A stretch of 64,000 bases of DNA from an uncultured Christensenellaceae bacterium. GTDB taxonomy: Bacteria > Bacillota > Clostridia > Christensenellales > UBA3700. Below the pieces are notes generated by a model. It searched no databases. It was given only the letters and a program-made list of their open reading frames with translations, and had not been told where the DNA came from. The stretch spans positions 19,576 through 83,575 of the forward strand of contig CALWHB010000002.1 of NCBI GenBank assembly GCA_944380275.1, read 5' to 3'. The number at the start of each line of letters is the position of its first letter. Position 1 is the first letter of the stretch. Both the position numbers and the translations under genes were made by a program. Shown here piece after piece: positions 28,063 through 39,116 of the stretch.

Positions 28063-29841
28063 ATGACAGATTTGACTTCTAATAAGCAAGTACTGGCTTT
28101 CGTAGAAGAAACTCAGAAACGCTGCCAACCCGACAATATCGTCTGGATTGACGGTTCTCAGGAACTTTACGACAAGCTGACTGCTGAGGCAATCGCTACC
28201 GGCGAGATGATTAAGCTCAACGAGGAACTGCTCCCCGGATGCTTGCTCCACCGCACCAAAGAAAACGACGTTGCCCGCGTTGAGAACAGAACATTTATCT
28301 GCTCCCGTACCAAAGAAGACTGCGGTCCTACCAATAACTGGTGGAAACCCGAAGAGGCTTATGCAACCCTTTACGGTATTCTTGACGGCGCGTACAAGGG
28401 CAGAACGATGTACGTTATCCCGTTCTCCATGGGTCCTGTAGGCGGCGCGCTCTCCAAAATCGGTATTGAAATCACCGACAGCATTTACGTCGTTCTCAAC
28501 ATGAGAATCATGACCCGCGTAGGCAAAGACGTACTCAAGGCTCTCGGCGACAGCAACGACTTCGTAAGAGGTACGCATGCTAAATGCGACGTTGACCCTG
28601 AAAAGAGATATATCTGCCAGTTCCCTGAAGACAACGCGATTATTTCGGTAAACAGCGCGTACGGCGGCAACGTTCTTCTGGGCAAGAAGTGTTTCGCTCT
28701 TCGTATCGCGTCCTATCAGGGCAAGAACGAGAACTGGATGGCAGAGCATATGCTCATCCTCGGTATCGAAAAACCCAACAAAGAAACCGTATATATGGCG
28801 GCTGCTTTCCCGTCCGCATGCGGCAAGACCAACCTGGCAATGCTTATTCCGCCTGAGGGTTACCGCAAGAACGGTTACAAAGTATTCTGCGTAGGCGACG
28901 ACATCGCATGGATTAGAAAGGGCAAGGACGGCAGACTTTACGCTATCAACCCTGAGAACGGATTCTTCGGCGTTGCTCCCGGTACCAACCAGAAATCCAA
29001 CCCCAACGCTCTTGCTGCTACCAGAAAGAACACAATATTCACCAACGTTTGCCACAATCTGGAGAACAACACGGTATGGTGGGAAGGACTCGACAAGAAT
29101 CCGCCCGAACATGCTATCGACTGGAAAGGCAATCCCTGGAACGGCAAGACTTCCACAGAGAAGGGCGCACACCCCAACAGCAGATTTACCGCTCCCGCGG
29201 TCAACTGCCCCTGCATCAGCCCTGAGTTCGAGAACGGCAACGGCGTTCCGCTCAGCGCGTTCATCTTCGGCGGCAGACGTGCTAAGACGGCTCCGCTCGT
29301 ATACCAGGCAAAAGACTGGGAGAACGGTGTATTCGTCGGCTCTATCATGGCAAGCGAAACCACCGCTGCGGCAGCAGGCGCGGTAGGCGTTGTAAGACGC
29401 GACCCGATGGCTATGCTCCCGTTCTGCGGTTACAACATGGGCGACTACTGGCAGCACTGGCTCGACATGGGCAAGAGCGTAGACGCAGACAAACAGCCCA
29501 AGTTCTTCAACGTAAACTGGTTCAGAACAGATGACGAAGGTCATTTCATCTGGCCGGGATTCGGTGACAATATGAGAGTCCTCGACTGGATGCTCAAGAG
29601 AATCGCCGGAGAGGTTGAGGCAGAAGAAACCGCTATCGGTTATGTTCCTAAGGCTGAAGACATCAACATCGAAGGCCTCGATATGAGCGTCGACACCGTC
29701 AAGGGTCTTCTCGCTATCGACAAAGAGAACTGGAAGAAAGAAGTCGAAGGCATCAAAGAGTTCTATGCTAAGTTTGGCGACAAGCTCCCCAAAGAGCTGG
29801 CTAAGCAGGCTGAAGAGCTGGAAAACAAACTCAACAAGTAA
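28063..29841 (+). CDS. pckG: Phosphoenolpyruvate carboxykinase (GTP)
   Basis: FPSACGKTN, VGDDIAW, NPENGFFGVAPG, HPNSRF, RRDPMAMLPFCGYN. Confidence 0.97.
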   Translation: MTDLTSNKQVLAFVEETQKRCQPDNIVWIDGSQELYDKLTAEAIATGEMIKLNEELLPGCLLHRTKENDVARVENRTFICSRTKEDCGPTNNWWKPEEAYATLYGILDGAYKGRTMYVIPFSMGPVGGALSKIGIEITDSIYVVLNMRIMTRVGKDVLKALGDSNDFVRGTHAKCDVDPEKRYICQFPEDNAIISVNSAYGGNVLLGKKCFALRIASYQGKNENWMAEHMLILGIEKPNKETVYMAAAFPSACGKTNLAMLIPPEGYRKNGYKVFCVGDDIAWIRKGKDGRLYAINPENGFFGVAPGTNQKSNPNALAATRKNTIFTNVCHNLENNTVWWEGLDKNPPEHAIDWKGNPWNGKTSTEKGAHPNSRFTAPAVNCPCISPEFENGNGVPLSAFIFGGRRAKTAPLVYQAKDWENGVFVGSIMASETTAAAAGAVGVVRRDPMAMLPFCGYNMGDYWQHWLDMGKSVDADKQPKFFNVNWFRTDDEGHFIWPGFGDNMRVLDWMLKRIAGEVEAEETAIGYVPKAEDINIEGLDMSVDTVKGLLAIDKENWKKEVEGIKEFYAKFGDKLPKELAKQAEELENKLNK

Positions 29842-29885
29842 TTCCTTTTTCCTGCGGTTAGGAAAAAGGTATCGCCAAAAAATCG

Positions 29886-29914
29886 CATCCGTCCTTCGGG
29901 ACGGATGTTTTTTT
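29886..29914 (+). terminator. Intrinsic terminator with UUCG loop
   Basis: CATCCGTCC-TTCG-GGACGGATG-T7. Confidence 0.9.
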
Positions 29915-30234
29915 CTGCGATTATCGGTTTGACTGATAAAAATTCTTTGTGCCGTTTAAATTTTAAAAGCGTAAGCATGCTGCGCGGCATGCAGATTATG
30001 ATATACGTGAGGGATATGAACATGAATTTGCGGACTTTTTGTTTTCTCCGCAGCAAAAATCAATATTAAAATTTGCACGGGGGCGATGCGACCGTCAGTA
30101 CCCACGCGGCAGATAAAGAGTCATTTTACGCATATTTTACACCCGTGCGCGCCTTTGGTAAATTGTTTGTAAAAAGCCTTGAGAATTGATAAAAGGCAAT
30201 TTACAAAAACACTTTTATGTAATATATTTAGAGT

Positions 30235-32535
30235 ATGAAACGCTTTGCAAAATTTATAGTCAAATACAGATTGATTATTCTCGGCGTGATGTTGCTTTTG
30301 ACAATCGCGTCGCTTTTTGCATTGGCTTACGTAAACGTAAATTCAGACATACTGTCTTATCTGCCTGACGAAGTCGATATGACTGTAGGTATGAATTTCA
30401 TGAAGGAAAACTTCGATATGCAGGGCGACGCAATAATCGGCGTTCAGGGGGCGACTTATGACGATATGCTCGAACTTGTAAAGCTTATCGAAGACAAGGG
30501 CGGTACAAAGCAGGGAGGAATTATCTGGTACGGCTTGCTCAAAGATATGCAGGATATCGACTGGTCGGCTCTCGAAAGTCCGTTTATGCAGGCTATCGTA
30601 GATGCTATGCTGGACAAATACGGTCTTACTCTTGACAGCCTCAAGGATATGACACAGCAGCTTTCCACAAATCCCGATATAGTCAATTTGTTCCATCCGG
30701 ATGAAAACACCTATCTGCTTATGCTCCAGCTCAATGTGCCCAGTTCTTCAAACGAGGCTATGAATCTGCTGTCAGACATAGAAGATTTTCTCGGAAATAA
30801 GGGATTTGAATATGCTATGGGCGGCAGCACTCAGATAACGCGCGAAATATTTGACAGTACGATTGGAGAGATAGGCAAATACGCCGTAGTCGCAATTCTC
30901 GTAATGTTTATAATCCTGTTGCTTACGTCAAATTCTCTGATTGACCCGATAGTGTTTATGGCAACGCTGGGCGTTTCCATAATCGTGAATATGGGAACAA
31001 ATCTGATTTTGCCCAGTGTATCTGTCGTTACTTATGCTGCGTCGTCTATACTTCAGCTTGCGCTGTCTATGGACTATGCGATATTCCTTATGCACTCTTT
31101 TGCGGACGAGCAGAAGAAAACTCTTGACGACAAGCTGGCGTTGGAAAGGGCAATCCCCAAAACCTTTGCGACCATATCCGCGTCTGCACTCACGACCGTG
31201 GGCGGTTTCCTTGCGTTGTTTGCGATGAGGTTCAAGATAGGTGCAGACCTCGGCATAGTACTTGCAAAGGGCGTTTTCCTCAGTCTTGTAACAGTTATTC
31301 TGTTGCAGCCTTGTCTTATGTTGCTGACAAAGAAAATTGCGCGCAAGACTCAGCACAGGATAGTCGTTCCCAAATTCAAAAACGTCGCGTCTTATGCCGT
31401 TACGCACAGAAAAACCATAGTTATCATTGCTCTTGCTCTGCTGATTCCCGTTGTAATTATGCAGAACATGGTTCAGCTTACTTATATAAAATTCGTAGAG
31501 GAAGACCCCAATCCGACTGCGATAACTCAAAAGGTTGACGCACTCAGCAATTCGCTCGTAATAATCGTTCCTGCAAAGACAGAAATGCTCAACGGCGAAA
31601 GCAATGTCGACGACCAGTATGAATTTATAGAAAAGATAAAGGCTCGTGAAGACGTAAATGCCGTAATGGGACTTTTCTCGATGCTGCCGCAGGATTGCGC
31701 TGAAGGAATAGTGAATCTCGTCAACGACGAAGATATGGGAAGTATGATGCAGAGTTCGGGCATGGATATGTCGATGATTACGGGATTTCTGAACAACGGG
31801 TATACTATGTATTCGGTAATGCTCGACGCAGACCCTGAGTCTGACGAAGGAGCGGTCGCACTCAAAGAAATACGCGCACTTATCGATGAAACCTTCGGGC
31901 AGGGAGAATATTATATTACCGGTATGACACAGGCAGTCAGCGACCTTCAGGATATAACGCCGACAGACTTTATGGTGGTTTCAATAGTGTCGATAGCGAT
32001 AATATTCGTGATATTGCTGTTTACGTTGAGGTCGATAAAGATGTCGACTATAGTCGTGCTTGTGATTGAGTTCGGAATTTTCGTCAATCTGTCTATAAGC
32101 TATATTTTAGGGCAGAGCGTAAACTTCATGGCGTATATTATACTAAGCTCCATACAGCTCGGCGCGACGGTTGACTATGCTATTTTGTATGCCGTAAAGT
32201 ATCAGAAATATCTTGGACAGCGTTCTGCAAGAGAGGCGGCTTATAGCGCGCTTACAGAAAGCGGTGTGTCCATAATGACTTCTGTCGCAATTCTTGCCGG
32301 ATGTTGTATTTCCGTATCGCTTATAACGTCAAACATTATAGTCAGCGAAATCACTATGATGATTGCACGCGGTTCTATAATAAGCGGCGTTCTCGTCATG
32401 GTGCTGCTGCCTGCATTGTTGATAATTTCAACGGGAAATCAAAAACTCGAAAGACGAAGTATCAGAAAACTGCAGGACAAAATATTCAGGAAGGATTACA
32501 ATAAAAAGGCTGACGGCGGACAGCAGAATTCATAA
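30235..32535 (+). CDS. MMPL/RND family transporter
   Basis: Two-repeat topology with LQLALSMDYAIFL and IQLGATVDYAIL; SALTTVGGF; KGV. Confidence 0.9.
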   Translation: MKRFAKFIVKYRLIILGVMLLLTIASLFALAYVNVNSDILSYLPDEVDMTVGMNFMKENFDMQGDAIIGVQGATYDDMLELVKLIEDKGGTKQGGIIWYGLLKDMQDIDWSALESPFMQAIVDAMLDKYGLTLDSLKDMTQQLSTNPDIVNLFHPDENTYLLMLQLNVPSSSNEAMNLLSDIEDFLGNKGFEYAMGGSTQITREIFDSTIGEIGKYAVVAILVMFIILLLTSNSLIDPIVFMATLGVSIIVNMGTNLILPSVSVVTYAASSILQLALSMDYAIFLMHSFADEQKKTLDDKLALERAIPKTFATISASALTTVGGFLALFAMRFKIGADLGIVLAKGVFLSLVTVILLQPCLMLLTKKIARKTQHRIVVPKFKNVASYAVTHRKTIVIIALALLIPVVIMQNMVQLTYIKFVEEDPNPTAITQKVDALSNSLVIIVPAKTEMLNGESNVDDQYEFIEKIKAREDVNAVMGLFSMLPQDCAEGIVNLVNDEDMGSMMQSSGMDMSMITGFLNNGYTMYSVMLDADPESDEGAVALKEIRALIDETFGQGEYYITGMTQAVSDLQDITPTDFMVVSIVSIAIIFVILLFTLRSIKMSTIVVLVIEFGIFVNLSISYILGQSVNFMAYIILSSIQLGATVDYAILYAVKYQKYLGQRSAREAAYSALTESGVSIMTSVAILAGCCISVSLITSNIIVSEITMMIARGSIISGVLVMVLLPALLIISTGNQKLERRSIRKLQDKIFRKDYNKKADGGQQNS

Positions 32536-32718
32536 CGGTAAGACGCGGCAGACACAGTCTGTATTACGGCAGCATCGGTCGTCAGTTATAAATTTTTTGC
32601 TCGCAATCAATCTGTTTCGTTTGAGAGGAAAAAACTTGCCCGTTATGATGTTGAACAGCGGTGAAGTCATGAGATTTTAAAAGACGTGTAAATTTTATAT
32701 ATCGGTAAATATAATAAG

Positions 32719-32748
32719 AAAAACTCCCCTGCGAAAGGGGAGTTTTTT
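32719..32748. terminator. Bidirectional intrinsic terminator
   Basis: AAAAACTCCCCT-GCGAA-AGGGGAGTTTTTT. Confidence 0.85.
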
Positions 32749-32799
32749 ATCTGTCGGACATTGCGTCCGGATTTTGATTCAATTGACTTTGGACTTTTA

Positions 32800-33960
32800 T
32801 CAGTCAAAGACTCTTACTTTTATAAAACCTTCCTGGCTCTGCATCTGCTTTATTGTTTCTTCATCAACCTTTGCGTCTACGTCAAGCAGCATATATCCTA
32901 TTTCGCCTTTGGATGCAGATACGAGGTTTGCGATGTTGATGCCTTTCTTTGCGATGAAAGAGGTCGCGGTAGCAATCATGTTTGCGACGTTCTTGTGCAG
33001 AATGCTTACGCGGCAAACGCCCGTTCTCGGTGCGGATGCAGAAGGGAAGTTGACGCTGTTTACGACATTTCCGTTTTCAAGGAAATCCTTGAGCTGGCGC
33101 GCAGCCATAACCGCGCAGTTGTCTTCAGCCTCCGGAGTGGATGCTCCCAGGTGAGGGATGGTGATTATGTTGTCAATGCCGAGGAGTTCGGTTTTGGGAA
33201 GGTCGGTTACGTATCTGCCCACTTTGCCGTTCTTTACTGCGTCTACGACGTCAGCATTGTTTACCAGTTCGCCTCTTGCGAAGTTGAGGATAACCACGCC
33301 CGTCTTCATAGAGTTGATGCTCTGTTCGTTGATAATGTTTTTGGTCTGTTCTGTTGCGGGGACGTGCAGAGTGATGTAGTCTGATTCTGCAAACAGCTGA
33401 TTTACATCGGTGATGTGAACGACGTTTTTGTCAAGCATAAGAGCACCGTCAACGCTGAGGTAGGGGTCGTAACCGAGTACCGTCATACCCAGTTCTATTG
33501 CGATGTTCGCGACCAGTCTGCCGATTGCGCCCAGACCCACGATGCCCAGCGTCTTGCCTTGGATTTCCTGACCGACGAAAGCTTTTTTGCCTTTTTCTAC
33601 CTGCTTATCCACGTCATCGCCTTTGAGGGATTGAGTCCAGTTTATACCCTGAACGATTTTACGGCTGCCCAGGAGCATACCTGCGATTACGAGTTCTTTT
33701 ACCGCGTTTGCGTTCGCGCCGGGGGTGTTGAACACGCAGATGCCTTTTGCAGTCATCTTATCGATAGGAATATTGTTTACGCCTGCGCCTGCGCGTGCGA
33801 CCGCCTGTACGCTTGCGGGAACTTCGTATTCGTGCATAGAGAAACTTCTGAGAAGAATCGCCTGGGGATTGCTTACGTCAGAACCCACCGTGTAGGACTG
33901 TTCCGGCAGTATACTTTTGACTTTGGGGCTTATTTCGTTGAGTTTGAGTATGTTTATCAT
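32800..33960 (-). CDS. serA: D-3-phosphoglycerate dehydrogenase with ACT domain
   Basis: ARAGAGVNN, GLGAIG, NFARGE, PHLGAST; follows serC. Confidence 0.93.
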   Translation of the reverse strand: MINILKLNEISPKVKSILPEQSYTVGSDVSNPQAILLRSFSMHEYEVPASVQAVARAGAGVNNIPIDKMTAKGICVFNTPGANANAVKELVIAGMLLGSRKIVQGINWTQSLKGDDVDKQVEKGKKAFVGQEIQGKTLGIVGLGAIGRLVANIAIELGMTVLGYDPYLSVDGALMLDKNVVHITDVNQLFAESDYITLHVPATEQTKNIINEQSINSMKTGVVILNFARGELVNNADVVDAVKNGKVGRYVTDLPKTELLGIDNIITIPHLGASTPEAEDNCAVMAARQLKDFLENGNVVNSVNFPSASAPRTGVCRVSILHKNVANMIATATSFIAKKGINIANLVSASKGEIGYMLLDVDAKVDEETIKQMQSQEGFIKVRVFD

Positions 33961-33979
33961 TTTATTCACCTGTGTAGTC

Positions 33980-35053
33980 TTATTTGTTTTCGAGTTCGAA
34001 TTTCTTCATAAATTCGATAAGAGTCTTTACGCCTTCGACAGGCATAGCGTTGTAGATAGACGCGCGCATGCCGCCGACGAGCTTGTGTCCCTTTATTGAG
34101 AGCAGACCGTTCTTTGCCGCCTCTGCGACGAACTTTGCGTCAAGGTCCTTGTCACCGGTTACGAAGGGGACGTTCATGAGAGAGCGGTCCTCTTTGTTTA
34201 CATAGTTGTGATAGAAAGAGCTGTTGTCGATAAAGTCGTACAGCAGTCCCGCTTTGTACTCGTTGACTTTCTGAATTTCTTTTACGCCGCCCATTTTCTT
34301 GAGATAACGCAGGTTGAGCATAGCCATATATATGGAGAAACACGGGGGAGTATTGTAAAGACTCTCGGCGTCTGCCTGAGTACTCCATTTAAGCATTGTG
34401 GGGCAGATGGACTGTTCTTTTCCGATGAGGTCTTTGCGTACGATGACAATGGTAACGCCTGCAGGAGCGACGTTCTTCTGCGCGCCTGCGTACATTACGC
34501 CGTATTTGCTGACGTCCATGACTTCGCTGAGGATGTTTGAAGAAACGTCTGCGACGAGAACACCGCTCTTGGGCGTGGGAAGAGAAGTGTAGCGCGTACC
34601 GAATATAGTGTTGTTCTGCGTTATGTACAGATAATCCGCGTTGTCGGAGAGCGTAAGCTCTTTGGGGATATAGGTGTATGTTTTGTCTTCTGAGGACGCA
34701 GCCAGTCTGATGTCACCGTAAGGTTTAGCGGCTTTGTAAGCCTTCTTTGCGAAGTTGCCGGTTACGACGTAATCCGCAACGCCTGAACCGCTGAGCAGGT
34801 TGAGGGGGATAGCGTCAAACTGCTGCGACGCGCCGCCCTGAACGAGCAGTATTTTGTAGTTGTCGGGAACGTTCATCAATTCTCTGAGAAGAGAGAGGCA
34901 CTCCTGGTGAATAGCGTCGTACTGTTTGCTGCGGTGGCTCATTTCTGTAACGCTCATGCCGCATCCCTGGTAATCGACAAAATCTGCCTGTGCCTGTTGA
35001 AGAACCTCAAGCGGGAGCATTGAGGGTCCCGCGGAAAAATTGTAAGCTCTCAT
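33980..35053 (-). CDS. serC: Phosphoserine aminotransferase
   Basis: NFSAGPS, EMSHRS, GAQKN, NTPP, GGMRASIYN. Confidence 0.97.
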   Translation of the reverse strand: MRAYNFSAGPSMLPLEVLQQAQADFVDYQGCGMSVTEMSHRSKQYDAIHQECLSLLRELMNVPDNYKILLVQGGASQQFDAIPLNLLSGSGVADYVVTGNFAKKAYKAAKPYGDIRLAASSEDKTYTYIPKELTLSDNADYLYITQNNTIFGTRYTSLPTPKSGVLVADVSSNILSEVMDVSKYGVMYAGAQKNVAPAGVTIVIVRKDLIGKEQSICPTMLKWSTQADAESLYNTPPCFSIYMAMLNLRYLKKMGGVKEIQKVNEYKAGLLYDFIDNSSFYHNYVNKEDRSLMNVPFVTGDKDLDAKFVAEAAKNGLLSIKGHKLVGGMRASIYNAMPVEGVKTLIEFMKKFELENK

Positions 35054-35202
35054 ATATATACTTCCTTTATTAAATATTTTTAAATAAATATTAATTTATA
35101 TTATACGCTCATATATGCGCGCGCGCAACAACTTTTGAACAAAGTTTGTGAATATTTTGCCAAAATTTTCTATATACTATCAAAAACGTAACGGAGGGAG
35201 TT

Positions 35203-35916
35203 ATGAGAGCAGTGATAATGGCTGGAGGTGTCGGCAGCAGGCTCAGACCGTTAACCGACAGGATACCAAAGCCTATGGTTAAAATTATAGACAAACCGGT
35301 GCTGGAATACACGGTAGAGCAGCTGGCGCGATGCGGAGTCAAGGACATAGCGATGACTCTTTGTTACCGTCCTTCAGTAATAATAAGACATTTCGGCAAC
35401 GGTTCGGCGTGGGGTGTGAATATTGAGTATTTTATAGAAAAAACGCCTTTAGGAACGGCGGGAGGAGTAGCTGCCGCTGCTAAAGGTGCAGACGGCCCCG
35501 TACTTGTAGTAAGCGGAGATGCGTTTACGGATATGGATTTTTCAAAGTTAGCAGACTTTTACTTTAAAAGCGGCGCGCTTGCTGCGATGGCTGTAAAAGA
35601 GGTGGCTGACCCGTCAGCGTTCGGCGTCGTGGTATCTGATAAAAACGGCAGAGTTCTGCGCTTTGAAGAAAAGCCGCTCAATCCCGTTTCGCATACGGTG
35701 AATACGGGAGTTTACGTTATGGATAAAGCGGCTTTAAGCATGGTGCCTGAAAACACAAAGTACGATTTTGCTAAAGACTTGTTTCCCAGGCTGTTGGGCA
35801 AGCTTTATGCGTTTGAAACAGACTGTTACTGGTCTGACATAGGCACGCTTTCGTCTTATTATCTGACAAACAACGACGTCGCGCTCAATGCCTCTAAATT
35901 CGGAATTTGCATATAA
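35203..35916 (+). CDS. Sugar-phosphate nucleotidyltransferase (mannose-1-P guanylyltransferase-like N-terminal domain only)
   Basis: MAGGVGSRLRPLT..PKP, PLGTAGG, SGD, EKP, YWSDIG; no C-terminal LbH domain. Confidence 0.85.
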   Translation: MRAVIMAGGVGSRLRPLTDRIPKPMVKIIDKPVLEYTVEQLARCGVKDIAMTLCYRPSVIIRHFGNGSAWGVNIEYFIEKTPLGTAGGVAAAAKGADGPVLVVSGDAFTDMDFSKLADFYFKSGALAAMAVKEVADPSAFGVVVSDKNGRVLRFEEKPLNPVSHTVNTGVYVMDKAALSMVPENTKYDFAKDLFPRLLGKLYAFETDCYWSDIGTLSSYYLTNNDVALNASKFGICI

Positions 35917-36025
35917 TATAAATATTTATGCGCGACCTGACAGTGTATGCGACAGCAGGTTCGGCGCGGCTGCAGTTTTTACGCGACAGCAAATTTGCGC
36001 TATAACAATTTACACGACTGCATAT

Positions 36026-36059
36026 AAAAACGACCTTGCCGTGAGGGAAGGTCGCTTTT
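36026..36059. terminator. Bidirectional intrinsic terminator
   Basis: A5-CGACCTT...AAGGTCG-CTTTT. Confidence 0.65.
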
Positions 36060-36088
36060 GGATTTTGTAGCAGTCGATAAATCAGTCG

Positions 36089-36613
36089 TCAGATTTTTTG
36101 TTCGTCTGAAAGTTTTTTGCCGCATTTGTCGCAGAAGTTTGCGTCTGCGTCAAGGCTTGCGCCGCAATGAGGACATGTCTTTGAGAGTGCCGCGCCGCAT
36201 TTTTTGCAGAAAGCCGAATCCTTATCGTTCAACGACCCGCAAACGGGGCATATCGGAGCGTCGCTGTTTTTTACGGCGTTGCTTATAGCTGATATTCCCG
36301 GCTGAATCTGCTTGCCCGCCTCGTTGAATACGGGTGTGGTTTCGTGCATATTATAGCGCATTATCTCTTTGCGGAAACCTGCCAGCGTGAACATACCGCC
36401 GAAAGCCATCGCAGGAAGACCTATAAACAGGCACCAGAATTTCGTGGGTTGTTCAAAATTGCTCGCGCTTGAAATAAAATCAGCAAATCCGATGATTGCG
36501 AATACCAATCCCGCGACTATCACAATAGGTCCGATAATTTTAAAAATCGTCTTAACCTTTTTGTGGTTGTGCAGCTGTTTTTCTTCAAGGTCTTTTTTTT
36601 CTTCTTCGTTCAT
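36089..36613 (-). CDS. Two-TM membrane protein with C-terminal double zinc ribbon
   Basis: CPVC, CKKC, CPHC, CDKC; SD AAGGAGG before MNEEE. Confidence 0.85.
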   Translation of the reverse strand: MNEEEKKDLEEKQLHNHKKVKTIFKIIGPIVIVAGLVFAIIGFADFISSASNFEQPTKFWCLFIGLPAMAFGGMFTLAGFRKEIMRYNMHETTPVFNEAGKQIQPGISAISNAVKNSDAPICPVCGSLNDKDSAFCKKCGAALSKTCPHCGASLDADANFCDKCGKKLSDEQKI

Positions 36614-36841
36614 AAAAGCCTCCTTCTTCTTATTAAAATTATACCAATAAGACAAAATTTGTCAATACCGAAATGAACGCTAAGACAAAAAACGTCAATA
36701 CTTTTAAAGCCGCGCCTCAGTCAGAGGCGTTATTAATTGACATAGGAATATTATTTAATTATAATATATGTGTGTAATTATGCGTTTGAGCGTTATATAT
36801 GCGTATCCGCATAATTCTGACAGATAAATACGGAGGCTGTA

Positions 36842-38500
36842 ATGGCAAAAAAATATAAATCGCTCAAGGTCGTTTTTCTCGGCGGCGTTGGCGAAATAGG
36901 CAAGAATATGACCGCGATTGAGTACGGCGACAATATCCTCATTATAGATTGCGGCTGCATGTTCGGTACGTACGACACTCCGGGTGTGGATTTGATTATC
37001 CCGGATTTTTCGTATATTGACGAGAATATCGACAAGATTAAGGGTATAGTGCTGACGCACGGACACGAGGACCATATAGGCGGCGTGCCTTATCTTGTAA
37101 AGGACAGGCTTGAAAACGTAAAGATTTACGGCAGCGACCTTACTCTCGCACTTCTTAAAAACAAATTTAAAGAACACGGCATCACTTCTCCCAAACTGGT
37201 TACGGTAAAGGGCGGCGACGTAAAGAACGTGGGCTGTTTCGACGTAGAGTTTGTAAGGGTTACGCACAGCATTTCCGGGGCATACGCGCTTTCGATAAAG
37301 ACTCCTGTCGGCGTCGTGTTCCATACTGGCGACTTCAAGGTGGACCACACTCCGCTTGACGGAGAAAGCATAGACTTGCTGCGTCTTGCCGCAATAGGAG
37401 AAAAGGGCGTGAAGATAATGCTGGGAGAGTCTACCAACGTAGAGCGTGACGGCTATACGATGAGTGAGCAGAAAGTGGGGGAAACGCTTGACAAGATTGT
37501 GTCAGCAAATACAGACAGCCGCATCATTATCGCGACTTTCGCGTCCAACGTGAACAGGATACAGCAGATTATCAACATCTGCCAGAAGTACAACCGCAAG
37601 GTGGCTTTCAACGGCAGAAGTATGAAGAATATAAGCGAAATTGCGACCAAACTGGGCATAATGAACGCAGACAACGGCACTATCGTGGATATTGAGAAGA
37701 TAGGAAAGTACGCGCCGGGAGAATTGTGCATAATCACGACCGGTTCCCAGGGCGAGCCTATGAGCGCGCTGACTCGTATGGCGTCGGGCGACGACAAAGT
37801 CAGTGTGGGAAGGCAGGACGTTGTCGTCATATCGTCATCGCCTATACCCGGCAACGAAAAAATGATATATACAGTCATCAACAATCTGTGCAAACGCGGC
37901 GCAAGGGTACTTTACGGTTCGCTTGCAGAGCTGCACGTATCCGGACACGCATGCAAAGAAGAGTTAAAGCTCATGCAAAGGCTGATACATCCGCAGTATT
38001 TTATCCCCGTACACGGAGAATACCGTCATCTGAAGATGCATCAGGAACTGGCTATGAAACTGGGTATGAGCGAAAGCAACATACTTATACCGGAAATCGG
38101 CGATATGGTAGAACTCAAGCAGAAAAAACTGATAAAGACGGGCAGCGTAACCGCAGGCAACGTATACGTTGACGGGCTTGTGGACGTAGACAGTCTTGTA
38201 CTTAAGGACCGTCAGCAGTTGAGCAACGACGGTTTTGTGATACTTCTCGTTACGATAGGGCTGGAAACGTCGTCGCTGCTTGCTCCTCCCGAAATAATAA
38301 CGCGAGGACTTCAGATTTCTGAAGAGCATATCGACCCCATAAAAGAGATAATATGCACGACGGTAGAAAAGACAAACTATAAGGGCGCGAAAGACAGAGG
38401 CGGGCTGAAGTCGAGCCTGCGCCGTCAGGTAGCGAGATATATTGCCGGCAAACTCAAGCAAAAGCCGATGATTCTGCCTATAATCACAGAGGTCGAGTGA
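36842..38500 (+). CDS. rnj: Ribonuclease J
   Basis: GGVGEIGKN, THGHEDHIG, HTGDFK, TGSQGEP, HVSGH, PVHGE. Confidence 0.96.
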   Translation: MAKKYKSLKVVFLGGVGEIGKNMTAIEYGDNILIIDCGCMFGTYDTPGVDLIIPDFSYIDENIDKIKGIVLTHGHEDHIGGVPYLVKDRLENVKIYGSDLTLALLKNKFKEHGITSPKLVTVKGGDVKNVGCFDVEFVRVTHSISGAYALSIKTPVGVVFHTGDFKVDHTPLDGESIDLLRLAAIGEKGVKIMLGESTNVERDGYTMSEQKVGETLDKIVSANTDSRIIIATFASNVNRIQQIINICQKYNRKVAFNGRSMKNISEIATKLGIMNADNGTIVDIEKIGKYAPGELCIITTGSQGEPMSALTRMASGDDKVSVGRQDVVVISSSPIPGNEKMIYTVINNLCKRGARVLYGSLAELHVSGHACKEELKLMQRLIHPQYFIPVHGEYRHLKMHQELAMKLGMSESNILIPEIGDMVELKQKKLIKTGSVTAGNVYVDGLVDVDSLVLKDRQQLSNDGFVILLVTIGLETSSLLAPPEIITRGLQISEEHIDPIKEIICTTVEKTNYKGAKDRGGLKSSLRRQVARYIAGKLKQKPMILPIITEVE

Positions 38501-38507
38501 TGTTCGT

Positions 38508-39116
38508 ATGACAGAGTGTCAGAAAAGGCTGAGAGAACTCAGCCCGGCATATGAGGCGGTTGCGAGAGAAGAACATATCCCGGTGATAAGACCTGAAAGT
38601 CTGAAACTTCTGCTTGCGGCTGCAAAAAAGACGAAGTGCCGCAGGGTACTTGAAATAGGCACGGCGATAGGGTATTCCACTGCGTGGCTTGCCGTTGAAA
38701 CTGGTGCGGCGGTGGATACGATAGAACGCGATTGCACAAGACTTGACAGGGCGAAGAAGTTCTGGCAGGAGATAGGGATTTCCGGCAGAATAAACGCTTA
38801 TCTCGGCGATGCGGACGAGCTGGTGGGAAGACTCGCAAAAGAGAATACATACGATTTTGTGTTTATCGACGCGGCAAAGAGCAGATACTCGGATTATCTC
38901 GACGCGGTATATCCTTCGCTTGAAAAGGGAGGCGCGGTATTTGCAGACAACGTGTACTATCTGGGACTCGTAAAAGGGGACGCCTATCCGCCGCATAAGC
39001 ACAGGACTATCGTAACGAATATGCGCGCCTTTCTGGCAAAAATAAACGACAAAGAAAAATTCTATACGACTGTATACGACACGGAGGACGGCACGGCAGT
39101 ATGTGTGAAACTGTAA
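38508..39116 (+). CDS. O-methyltransferase (YrrM/TrmR-like, tRNA 5-hydroxyuridine methylation)
   Basis: LEIGTAIGYS, FIDAAK, ADNV; adjacent to a U32 peptidase. Confidence 0.85.
   Translation: MTECQKRLRELSPAYEAVAREEHIPVIRPESLKLLLAAAKKTKCRRVLEIGTAIGYSTAWLAVETGAAVDTIERDCTRLDRAKKFWQEIGISGRINAYLGDADELVGRLAKENTYDFVFIDAAKSRYSDYLDAVYPSLEKGGAVFADNVYYLGLVKGDAYPPHKHRTIVTNMRAFLAKINDKEKFYTTVYDTEDGTAVCVKL

Noticed and set aside
28057-29544. 495-aa antisense ORF over pckG, and similar long antisense ORFs at 10301-11611, 17996-18787, 40533-41639, 44429-45496, 46011-46931 and 50290-51321
   Set aside because: They are shadows of clear conserved genes, explained by codon bias, and have no recognisable motifs.
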